Below, piece after piece: positions 53,201 through 64,000 of a stretch of DNA of 64,000 nucleotides. Position numbers and translations under genes: made by a program. The stretch's first letter is position 1. Every line of letters begins with the position of its first letter. Location of the stretch: assembly GCA_001643675.2 (NCBI GenBank), contig LSRY02000019.1:1302001-1366000 (forward strand), given 5' to 3'. A model generated the notes under the pieces. That model was given only the letters and a program-made list of their open reading frames with translations. It was not told the origin of the DNA and did not search any database. Source of the DNA: Monocercomonoides exilis PA203. Its lineage: Eukaryota > Protista > Preaxostyla.

Positions 53201-56200
53201 TGCTGGTTCCATTGCGTCTTCTGAACATTCCAGGCGGATCGTCTGAGGAATTCATCCTTCCTCCACCTCCGCCTCCTCCACCACCATTTCCTCCTCTTCC
53301 TTCTGAGTAATCCACCACAAATCCCATGTCACCTGAAATTGTCGTCACAATCACATTTGGAATGAATACATCCACAATTGTTGGCTCTCCTTGTGTTTCC
53401 AACAGCCCGTCGGATGCATCATCGCCTGGAATCAGCGGTGCGACATTTTCGTCGTCTTCGTCGTAAAACTGGAAGTCCGCTCGTTTTGTGCCATCGATCA
53501 TTCTGAGAGAGACTGAAGACACTCTCAGAACACATTCAACATTGGCAGAGGAGAGGAAAGAGGATACACGGTCAAGAAGGGCTAATTGGGCTGTGCTCAA
53601 GTAATACTCGAAGGCAGAGTCAGAGAGAAGAGAAGAAGAATCTTCATTGTCTTCGTCTGAAGAAGAGGAAGAAGAAGAATCAGCAGAATCTGATGATGAA
53701 GAAAATGAAGATGAAGAAGATGTGCTCAAAGAAAGATGAATAAACTTATTCAGCGAGAAGAACGGATTTGAAAGCGGAGTGAATGACGAGGTAGACAGAG
53801 GCACATAATCATCCAAGCACACCTGTGCAAACAGAGGAGATGTCGACACAGCCAGTGAAACCTGGTTCTTCAAGCTGCCTGTCTCATTTGGCTGATCAAA
53901 CGCATCGCCAAAGGCAGGCGATGAATGGAACAAAGAACTGCTGTCTGAATCCTTGTCTGTTTTTGTCGCTGTTGATGGGATGATCACTGTGACGTGTGTG
54001 GACATTGTCTCCACTGCCAAAAGCGTTCCTCTCAACTCTCCGCGCGTCAGAGCTGCGAAAAAGGCATCCATCCTCTTTGAGAACGGGTGAGAAGACAACT
54101 GAAGAGAACCAAAGGGCACATTTGAAGCAAAGCGCCTCCTGCGTTCTTCATCGTCGAGGACTTTGCTGATGGGCTGGAGATACTTGTGCGGATCAGCAAA
54201 TAGTTTGAATGGATCATACGAGGCACTCTCGCTGTCTTCTCCTTCGTCTTCTGCATCGAATCCGAATCCATCGCCTTCTGCACTTTCTCCACTGTGTCTG
54301 AATGAGCCTTCATCTGAATGGAAGGACTTCTCCTTCAGTCTGTCGAACCCAGATCTGCCATGAGCAGGCTGCTTCATCCACGATGAGCTCCTTTTGCGTG
54401 ACTGGATATCCAATCTGTTTAATACCAATGACCCTTCCTCGCTCGAATCGTCCTCGTCACTGCTGTCTGAGAACGAGGAAGTGGTTGTGGTGGAGTAGTC
54501 GCTGCTCTCGTCAGACGAGTCCCAGTCGCCTGTGGTGTCTGCTCTTCTCTTTCTGTTGCCATCCATTTGCCCTGCCTGCTCCGCCGCTGCATCGTCCTCG
54601 TCTGCCCACTTCACTGTCTCTCGCACTGTCCTGCTCTCCAACACGACATCTGTCACATTCGGTGTATAGGGAGTCAAACAATGGAAGGGGAGCGTGGGTG
54701 GAAGAGCAGTGTCGCTCAGTCCTGACTGCTGGAGTGCCTGCATCTGCTGCAGTTGCTGCTGCATTGTGCGTGTGGGCGAAGGCAGAGCAGAGCTGAAAGG
54801 AGAGCTGAAGGTTGGGCCGTGCAGAGGGTGTGCAGCATTCATCAGGGCAGCTGCTGAATGGGGAGGGCGGGTGAGAGTGTGAGAGAGAGGGTGGGGATAA
54901 ACAGCAGCAAAGCGGTTGAGAGAAGGAGGGAGGAAGACGAACTGGTGGAGCATAAATTCGCAGTGGTATGTGTGGACGGAAGGGAGGGATTTGAGATAGT
55001 CGGCCTTTTCAGAGAGAGAAATTGGAGAACAATACATCTGCTCAACAAGCGGAGAAGTGAGAGGAGAAAGAGAAGAAGAAGAGGATGATGATGATGATGA
55101 TGAAGCAGAAGCAGAAGCAGAAGCAGAAGCAAACGGAGAAGAAGATGATGACGATGAGGAGGACGATGATGAAGGAACATTGACATCTGATGAAAATATC
55201 GAGTCATCAGATGTCTGCACATGCTCATCAGGTGGATAAGAAGGGGTGTCATAAGTGAAGTGGCTGTTCTCACTCCCGTCTGAATCGTCGCTGCTGATTG
55301 AATTGTCGTCCTCATCACCTTCATTCATCTCTCCCTCTTTCGATGCATCGTTGTCAGAATCCCGCGATTTCCTGTGCTTTGAGCTCATCGATGGATCTTT
55401 CTGAATATCTCCATCTTCTTCCTCTGCTCCTCCTTCTCCTTCTTCTCCTTCTCCATCACCAACATAACTTCCAACCTCTATTTCTCCTTCTTCCTGCTTC
55501 CCTTCCAGCACAAAACCAATGCGATTTATGAGAAAGACGGCAGTTGTTGTTGGAGAAGACGTCTGCGCCTTCACATTTTCCAGCCACTGGGCAACAGCTG
55601 TGGAGGCAGAGGAGATGACACCTGGGCGTTTTCTTTGCCCAGTTGGTGTGGATGATGCTGACGATGAGGTTGAGGATGGAATTGAGGAAGAGGAAGGAGA
55701 AGAGGAGGAGGAAGATGATGATGCAGAAGCAGATGAAGGAGAAGATGAAACATATGGCATGTTATAAGAATTCATAGGAGATGAAAACGCTGATGATTTT
55801 GTTGGAGACGAAAGGGCATTACGAACAGGAGACTGAACAGGCGAGGCAAGCAGAGAGGACTGAAGCGAGGAAAGAGGAGAGCCAGCTGAAGCAGCGCCTG
55901 TCAGCTCAGAATCAGACGAGACGAGAGTGATGGCATTCATCTGGCACTCCACCACACTCGGACTCAGTTTGAACTGGCAGTCTGGTGTTTGCAATGAGGA
56001 GGAGGAAGAAGAAGAAGAAGACTTGGAGCCAGCTGGTTCGCCTTTCACAGACAGCCGGCCAATCACAGCAGAGTCGAATGCCTCGAAGGACGCTTTCAGC
56101 TGAGACAAGGCAGATGTGCGGAGAACAGGAGAAGAAAGCTGCCCTGCCAGAGATGATGGCACACTCCCTTTGTTCGCTGCGGAGTCATCGTCACCGTCAA

Positions 56201-57329
56201 ATCGCTGGTTAATGTCGCTTGACTCGTCGTCTCTTGTGTTGCTGTTATCGTTTTGAATGCTGTTGCCTTGCTTAACCACACTTCTTCCGTCTTCTTTCAT
56301 CACGTAGCTGTTTCTTCTGCTCCGAAATTCAACAGCTCCTTGTTCGACATTCACAAGCGTCTTCATCTGTGACAGAAACATGGTTGATGCATCGTTGCGA
56401 AGTGACAGCGTTAAATCAGACTCACTGAGGGCTTTTAAAAACGTTTGATTTAATTCGCAGTTCACTGATTTTGCTCTCATGTACAGTGCACTGCTCTCCT
56501 TCATGTACCCTGCTTTTTCAGTGTTTGTGTTCTCGTCCAACCACCTCAAGCGCGGATTCGTAGCACGGAACATCATTTCTTTTGTATTGGCAAGAAGATA
56601 TTTTGGAAAAGAAAATCTTCTCGGAGTTGATTGATTGATTTCTTGGATAAAAAAGCGAGATATTATAAATTGATTAAACTTTGTAATCCAAGTATTTATT
56701 TCCTGAATAAGTGGCGATCTTGATGTATTTATTGTCTTATTAACAATTGGACGAATTGGTGCAGCTTTTGTATCTGCTTTTCCTTGTGCTCTTTTCCGAG
56801 AATTCTGGTGTATAATGTCAAAAACAGGATCAACTAATGTAACTCCGAATGAAATTGGATATGGCTTGTTTTGGAGATATTGTAGAAATAATAGCGCGGC
56901 TCGCATTAATCCTACTTTGACAGTTACTGATTTGCACTTCATGTTTGCAACAATATCGCCTCTCTAATTTTTTTAATGAAACGAAACATGAGAAGATGAA
57001 AGGAAAAATAATATATTTATAAAAACTAATAAAAAGAAAGGCTTTCACGGAACCTTGATAGAAAATGATAAAGAATTGATGGTCGTGTTTTGACATGATG
57101 AAACAGTCAAATTCAGCTCTGGATATTGCTGCCTTATTAAATTGAGTATTGTAGGTAAAAATTGTTTGCTTTTAAGTGAAATATGGCATATATGTTAAAA
57201 TTCATTGAACAGAAAATTAAAACTTGGATACCTCAATTCACGCAAAAAAGAAACTAATGCAGCAAATAAAATTACAATAAGCAACAATATGCTGAAGTGC
57301 AACAGTGTTTGTATTGAAAGCAATGCCAT
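38223..57329 (-). CDS. Giant (~6317 aa) protein with N-terminal TM anchor; probable bridge-like lipid transfer protein (BLTP2/Hobbit or BLTP1-like)
   Basis: Two small upstream exons (57329-57232, 57168-57054) splice in frame to the 18.7-kb exon 56963-38223. The N-terminus is MALLSIQTLLHFSILLLIVILFAALVSFLREL. Many amphipathic beta-strands alternate with Ser/acidic low-complexity loops. The CDS is certain; the family is an inference. Confidence 0.75.
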
Positions 57330-57523
57330 TACTTTCAAGAATAAAACACGAGTGAATGATCCTTTGAAACAAAGATATTTAATGGTTAAAGAAGATCATT
57401 TTCTCCCAAATTAAATTAATCAATTGTTGATTATTTTTTAATAAATTGTGAATAACAGGCCTTATACGAAGAAGATAAATTCATACATATTCTTTTAAGG
57501 ATAATTAATTTTTTATCCTTGAA
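57330..57523. promoter_or_regulatory. Putative bidirectional promoter
   Basis: 194 bp separate the divergent start codons at 57329 (-) and 57524 (+). Confidence 0.5.
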
Positions 57524-60500
57524 ATGAGAATTGTGGATTACATAGGTTTTGATGGTCTGTTGAAAGTTCGCGATTTTTTTTATTCCGGAAATTCTGAGAC
57601 TGAAGAGTTGACTGAGCAAGAGGTTTGATTATGAAAAATTATATCATAGCATATTTTATCGTTTTCATGGGATTTTCAGTTTCTTGAAGCGTTTAAAGAA
57701 GTGCTTAAAAATGATTATCCAAGTGATGATGTTTTCAAAACAATGTTTCATAAAATTGATTTTGAATGTAGAGGAAAAGGTAATTTATTGCGCATTGCTT
57801 TGTTTTAAAAGCTCTTTCATATTTTTAAAAAATCAGTATCATGGTCAGATTTTAGTAATTCATTTCTACAAGAATTTGAAGATTCTGTCGTAAAGGATGA
57901 AACAGTGTGCCCTTGCCTTATTTTTATTGTTTTATATTGCTTTTTTAGGGTCATGGTAATTTGTATCGTCTGATAGAACCAATGAACAGCGCAGAAGGAG
58001 AACGCCACTCCGTTCACAGAGATTCAATTACCACTATTCTGTTTCATCCACAATTAAACGCATTTATCTCAGCAGGGTATTTAAATTCTATTTATAAATT
58101 TTTCATTATTTTTCATGCTTTTTATTTTCTTTTGAAACATACAGCAAAGATGGGCAGATTATTCTATGGGATGAGGCTGTGAATGGGATGATACTTAACA
58201 AGGCAAATCACACTGATGCCGTAAAGAAGTTTGCATTTGGCGGAGGAAAGTCAATAATAGCAGAAGGGGGAGAAGCAGAGAAAAGTTCTGGATTAAAAGA
58301 AATTGAAGTATTTGGACAAACCTTTCTGATGGAAAAGACAAAGAATGGAACAGAAATCAGAGAAAGAAGGCAAAGCGACATTTCAGCGACAGCAGAAGGG
58401 AAAGATCCTTCGTCTCGCAGCGTATCCTCCATTTCAGGCAAACAGACAAGCAAAGCACTTTCTTCTTCCCCACTCTCAAACACGTCTGATAAAAAAGAGT
58501 CTAAACAAGGAAAAGATGTTAACTTAGTGACAACAGCGTCTGGTCTGTTCAGCGTGTCTGTTGCATCCTCAAGAGAGATCTCAAACGCACTCGCAATGAA
58601 GTCGAGGAGCATCGCTGTAACGCAGTTCAAAGAAACACCACACACCCTCCGCTCGCCTCCGCCGAAGTTTTTTCCTGCTGGTGAGTGCAACTCTGTCTCT
58701 TTGACAAAAGAACTGTTTTCGAGGCAGCATTTGATGCCTGAAAAGAACAAACCAGAATCTTTCAAGGCTGCTCTTTCTGCTCTTTCTTCATCTTCTTCGT
58801 CTTCTTCTTCCTCCTCCTCCTCTTCTTCTTCTTCTCTATCTTCATCGCCTTCAGCAGCTAAATCCACAACTGTTCAAAGAAGCATTGATTTTGCTCCTGT
58901 ATCATTTTCCTCTTCAGCAGTTACTCCTCGTCAGCCAATGAATTCATTGCTTTCCATTTCGTCTCAACAACTTACTTCTCCGTCTACCTCTTCAAACGCT
59001 CTTTCTCCATTGTCTTCTTCGTCATTACTGTCATCTTCACCATCCAATCAGATTCAACAGCTTCCTTCTAATACAACAAATACAATCAACACATTTGGCA
59101 CAATCGCTTCATCTCCTCTTCAGTCTCGTCCAAGCTCATCCATCGCGCACAGCACCAGCAGCCTCTCCATCTCCATCCCTCCACTCACCATCAACAATGA
59201 GCCAGGCAATCGCACACCCACAAAGTACCCTCGGCCAAGCACAGAAAGAGAAAAGAAGAGGCAGCACGTGGCGATGCTGTTGCAGAAAGCAAAAGAAACT
59301 CCGAAGCCGCCCAGCAACTTCTTCAGAGACGAGGCAGCGCACATTCCGAAGGGGATCATCAGAGCGAAGGCTGAAGAAGACACTGCCTGCACCATCAACC
59401 GCGCAATGCAGGAGTGCGAGCGGAGGTTTGCGTACCGACTGGGAAGGCAGCAGGACCGAGAAGAGAGTCTCAACAAAGCGCTTCTCAATCGAAAAGGGGT
59501 CGGCATGTCGAGTGGGGTTGTGCCTGGGATGAAGACGGCGGGGGACCTGGTGATTTCTGTGGTATCGATGTGCATCTTTCCTGACTGTGGGTGGATTGCC
59601 GCACTCGGCAGCGACCGCCGCATCGTGTTCTACGAGCCCACCCAACTGCGTCCGAAGGGCCAATTGTTCGGCCTGAGAGGGCTGAGTCTGTGTGTAGGGG
59701 CAGTTGGAGCGTCGCAGACAATTGCGAAGAGGGAGCTGCTGCTGGTTGGCCGAGACGACGGGGTGCTCGACGTGTTTGCAGTGAACGAGGCGATGCTGCG
59801 GGCGTCGAATGATCTTAGCACAGAAAGCGGAGAGAAGGCGCTTCAGAAGATTGCAGCGCCAAGTAACGCTGCAAAGAAATCTGCAGATGAAGGGGACGAC
59901 CTCCTGGCGATCCCAATCAACACGATGGTCGCGACAGACCTGAGCAGACTGCGCAGAATGGCATCGGCCTCAAAAAGGAGCAAAGAGTCTTCGACACTTC
60001 AGAGCGACTTTGGCACTGCGTTCTCTTCTCCTACTCCTTCTGGTTCTGCCTCTGGTTCAATCTCAGCTTCATCAACTTCCTTTTCCACACGCGAAAACGA
60101 GCAGAATCTTCGACTGCCTTCGCTTTCGCTGACTTCCTCTGCCACTTCGCTGTTGAACTTATCTCCGTCGCAGATTGAAATGCCTGTGTCGTTTGGGCAA
60201 TCTGAAACAAGCCATTCTTTGACAGGGCAGGTTCATCTACCTCCGGGAGCGCCTATTTCTCCGGCATTCACACCATCACCTCGCCGTTCTGCTTCTTCCT
60301 CTTCCACTTCTGCTTCCGCTTCCGTTTCTTCTTCCTCTTCATCTTACACTTCTACATCCAACTTATCAACATTATCAAGTGCATCATCACCTTCCACTTC
60401 ACTTTTTTCCTCTTCAGCCGCACTCGTTTCACCTATCTGCACTTCATATCAGTCACAACAAGCTCCTTCCATTCTCTCTCCTGTCACCAGCATAGACATC

Positions 60501-63500
60501 CGGCGGCTTTCTCCGCCAAAGCTCCCCTCTTCTTCTGAATCGAATCTGCAAACAAATCGCTTTCAGTCTCAATTGCAGACTGCAAATGCTGCTGATTCTG
60601 CTTCTGCTATTTCTTCTCGTCCTCAGTCGGCTGCCCTGTCTTTGTCCGCTACTCGTTTCACTTCAAGAGATCGCTTTGGCCAAACACAAAATGCAGAAAT
60701 GGAAGCATCCGACGGAACTCTTCTATCAACCAGCAGAGGCAAAGGTAGTGCAGCCAATCGCACTTTTTATTCTCCTCGCTCGCTGGAAAAAGAAGGAGCA
60801 TTCACAAAATCGAGCAATGATTCCATGCTGATGATGGATCAGAACGGAGTCAGCGACGAAGAAGCAGTGTCGCTCTGGATGAAGCGCCACTTGAGAAAGA
60901 AGAAGAAGAAGAAGGCAGCACAAAATGAGCCAAATGTGGTGGAGAGGCTGATGATGTTCTCGAAGCCACAGACAGGAGCAACAACGCCCATTGAGCGGAA
61001 TTCATCGAGAGCGAGCAGCAGAGTGCAGACGCGACCTTCTTCTTCGACGGGCACTTCCAAAGTGACTGTGAAGAATGAAGACAAGCCAGGCGATGAGAAC
61101 GGGGCAGGAAAGAAAGGAAGCGAGGAAGAGGAGCGACTGTTGATGGAGATGAAGATAAGTGAGCTGTCAGAGACAGAGTCAGATGCCGAGGAGGACGAAG
61201 ACTTTGATGAGATGCTTGTTCGACAGAACGAGGTGCACTGGTGGTGCAAAGTGCATTCGTCGCACATCACCACGCTGCAATACTTGGATGAGCTGGGCGG
61301 TGTTGTGAGCGGAGGAATGGACAGCCTGATCAAAATCTTTGACTGTGTGCGGGTGAGAGAGAAGTGCGTACTGCGGGGGCATCAAATGGGAGTGCGGTGT
61401 ATAACGTACTCTTCGCAGCAGAAGATCCTGGTGAGTGGAGGGTTGGACTACAACGTGTGTGTGTGGGATCCGTTTGGGCAGAAGCTGATTGCATCGATGA
61501 AAGGGCACACCTCCACCATCAACTCAGTCATTGTTGACCATTCAACAGGGTTTATCTTATCTGCAGCAGACGACGGAACCATACGCGTGTGGGACTCGCA
61601 GAACTGCGCTCCGCTTCAGTGTGTGTCTGGCTTTGACACAGCCACTTTCTATCCGTTTTCGCGCCTGCTGTACAGCTCTGCTGCTGGTGGGGTCGTTGTG
61701 GGCTCGCGGAGGCTGGCCTTGTGGAAGTCTAACTCGAAGAGAGGAGAAGCAGTTGTCACACCACAAAGCGATGTGTTTGCTGTGCTGTTTAACGAAGAGT
61801 TCGACCAGCTGATCAGCATCGACCTGTCAAATACAGTGTGTGTGTGGTGTGCGTCGAATGCGAGGCATCTGCTGTCATTTCAATGTACTCAGAGTGGAAG
61901 CAGCATCAACTGCGCCACACTCGATTCAACAGGAAGACGTCTAATAACTGGCTGTGTGGACGGGTCGTTGCAAATCTGGGACTTTAACAGAGGCGTTCTT
62001 ATTCGCAGCTTCCCGCCCAAAATGAGCAAAGCACCTGCAGAAGGTACCAAAAGAAAGGAGGAAGAGAAAGATGCACATGGCGCGAGCAGTGATGATTCAG
62101 GCAGCAACGCGGAAGAAAACGAAGAGAAGACAGAGGAGGAAGAAATGAACGAAAGGCTGGGCATTCTGAAGCACGAAGACGACGACTTGATTGATGTGCC
62201 GAACTCCATCAACAGAGTGCTCTACTGCTCAACACCCAGCGCGCCAAAGCTGATTGTGATTTGTGGCTCAGGAAAGATGATCAGGACGCTGGAGGAGTTT
62301 CCCAAAGACGGCGGAGACATCAACGAAAGGATGATCCACACGTGGAACATGAACAGGCACGGTGAGAACATCCTCACCGCTGCCTTTGAAGCACCCCACA
62401 CTCTTGTCGCAGCTGGTGACGATGGCTCTCTTGTTGCGTGGAATCTGCAGACAGGAATGGAATTGATGACACTGAAGCCGTCGCTCAGCAGACTCAATTC
62501 GGTCAACCGTCAAGCAAAGGGAGCATCCAACACATTGGGTGCGTCTTCATCGCGCGAGTCGCTTCATTCTCCGCCTCCAGTTGCTGTCAACAGATCGACA
62601 AGAACACCCACGCTATTCCAGCACTCCTCATCCACTGTCTCTACATCACATGCACAATCAACTCCTAAAATAACCTTTGATCTCCAATCCTCGTATTCAA
62701 AGAAGCAAAATGCAGAGCCGGTTGTTGGTGCGCCAATTGATGGTGAAGAAGGAACAATGGGGCAGTGCATGTTTCTGCCTGGACATCCAGGCATTGTGAT
62801 TACACATGGCGTGGACGGATATCTGCGTTTGTGGAGTGTGGAATTTGGGCACATTCTTGTTTCTGTGCAGACTCGACAGAACACAGCAATATGTGTGATT
62901 GACAAGACGGGGACTTACCTCTGCCTGGCCTGCTCTGATGGTTCTGTACAAATATACAAGCTGTCAATTCTGATGGCATTCGCCTCAGTCACATTGGAGC
63001 TGCTGCAGAAGAAGAAGAAGCAGCTTCGCCGGATAAAAGACGCTTCAGCAATTAATTTACCCACGCTGACATTGTCTCCAACCTCTCGAAACATCACCCC
63101 GCCAACAGCATCTCCGACAGGCGTTCATCCTTTCCTTCAGTCTCCGCCTGCTTCTCCTGGGCAGCATTCAGCAATGTCATCTCCTCTTTTAGGCTTCCAC
63201 TCCCCTCAGCCTTCGACTATTATGACGAACAGAACAGAGAATCGCTCTGACGACACAGGCCAAGAAGAATCGAGAGACGAGCTTTTCAGACAAGACTCTG
63301 ATTCCTCGTTGGAGTTGCTGCCCACTCCACGAAATGGCAATGAGGCAAACAACCAGCTTCCATTTCAATTTTCTCAGTCGCCGTTCATCAGACAACGCCC
63401 ATCAACACCTGTTTATCCATCTCTAGTGACTTCACCGCGCCATCAGCAGCCAGCCGATCAGTCAACCAGTTCTACAACTCCACCATTTGGAACTCCGCTT

Positions 63501-64000
63501 TTCTCTTCTGCTCCTTTGAGGGAATCTGTTGGCTCTATTTCTCGCAACATGAGCGGGGCTTTTCCATCGAATACACTTGCTTCTCTTGGAGGGAATGGGG
63601 TGGCTGTGATTGGGCAAAGATCGAACCTAAATGACACGGCCTCTGTTGCTTCATTCATGAGACAGCAGTTGCGCCCGCCTCCGCTTTTCCGCCAAAGCAG
63701 CGCATCTCAAATGAGCTCATCAACGAGTCAACGACTTGATCTGCAGAAAGACAAAGAAAGAGAGAAAGATGCAAGGCCTCTGACCGTGAAGTTCCCAGTG
63801 GTGAATCAATCAGATGTGATGATGTACCATTGGCGTGCGACGTTTGACGAGATCAGCGCAGCTACGTTTGTCAACATCCCTGAAGAGACAGTCAAGCGAG
63901 GGAGACTTTACACCTCGCACGCAGTTCAAAGCGGAGGTGTTGATACAGACAAGCAGATTGAAGATGCCGAGAAACAAAATAGTGCACTTTCATCTTCACC
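57524..64000 (+). CDS. EF-hand plus WD40-repeat protein (WDR49/WDR64/EFCAB8-like), truncated by the window end
   Basis: Short 5' exons give MRIVDYIG..FLEAFKEVL..MFHKIDFECRGKVSWSDF (EF-hand-like). A long exon from 58145 contains WD repeats (LRGHQMGVRCITYS..LVSGGLDYNVCVWD; MKGHTSTINSV..LSAADDGTIRVWD). It is missing from the ORF track, apparently because it has no stop in the window. Confidence 0.85.

Noticed and set aside
38348-63658. Numerous short ORFs overlapping the giant gene and the WD40 gene
   Set aside because: They are antisense or alternate-frame shadows of low-complexity coding sequence.

Overview
Eukaryotic, AT-rich genomic DNA with short GT-AG introns (about 45-100 bp) and the standard genetic code. 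The gene families resemble those of oxymonads (Monocercomonoides-like); this is recognition from memory, not a database result. The left ~33 kb is accessory DNA. It holds a probable piggyBac-type end, a dispersed two-motif repeat family, three copies of a lineage-specific helical protein family (two intact, one decayed), two decayed paralogues of a coiled-coil gene, and a disrupted beta-helix/TM/pseudokinase receptor gene. The most notable locus is an intact five-exon gene (12612..8742, minus strand, 1202 aa). It encodes a Sola2-like DDD transposase with a ubiquitin-specific protease (USP/C19) domain, catalytic residues present, inserted in its middle. Directly behind its stop codon is a ~250-nt GC-enriched multi-stem structure (8475..8721). 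The right half holds a complete pogo-type DD35D transposon with perfect 42-bp TIRs, a SERINC gene, a ~6300-aa N-terminally membrane-anchored giant protein (probably a bridge-like lipid transfer protein) and, head-to-head with it, an EF-hand/WD40 gene that runs off the window.
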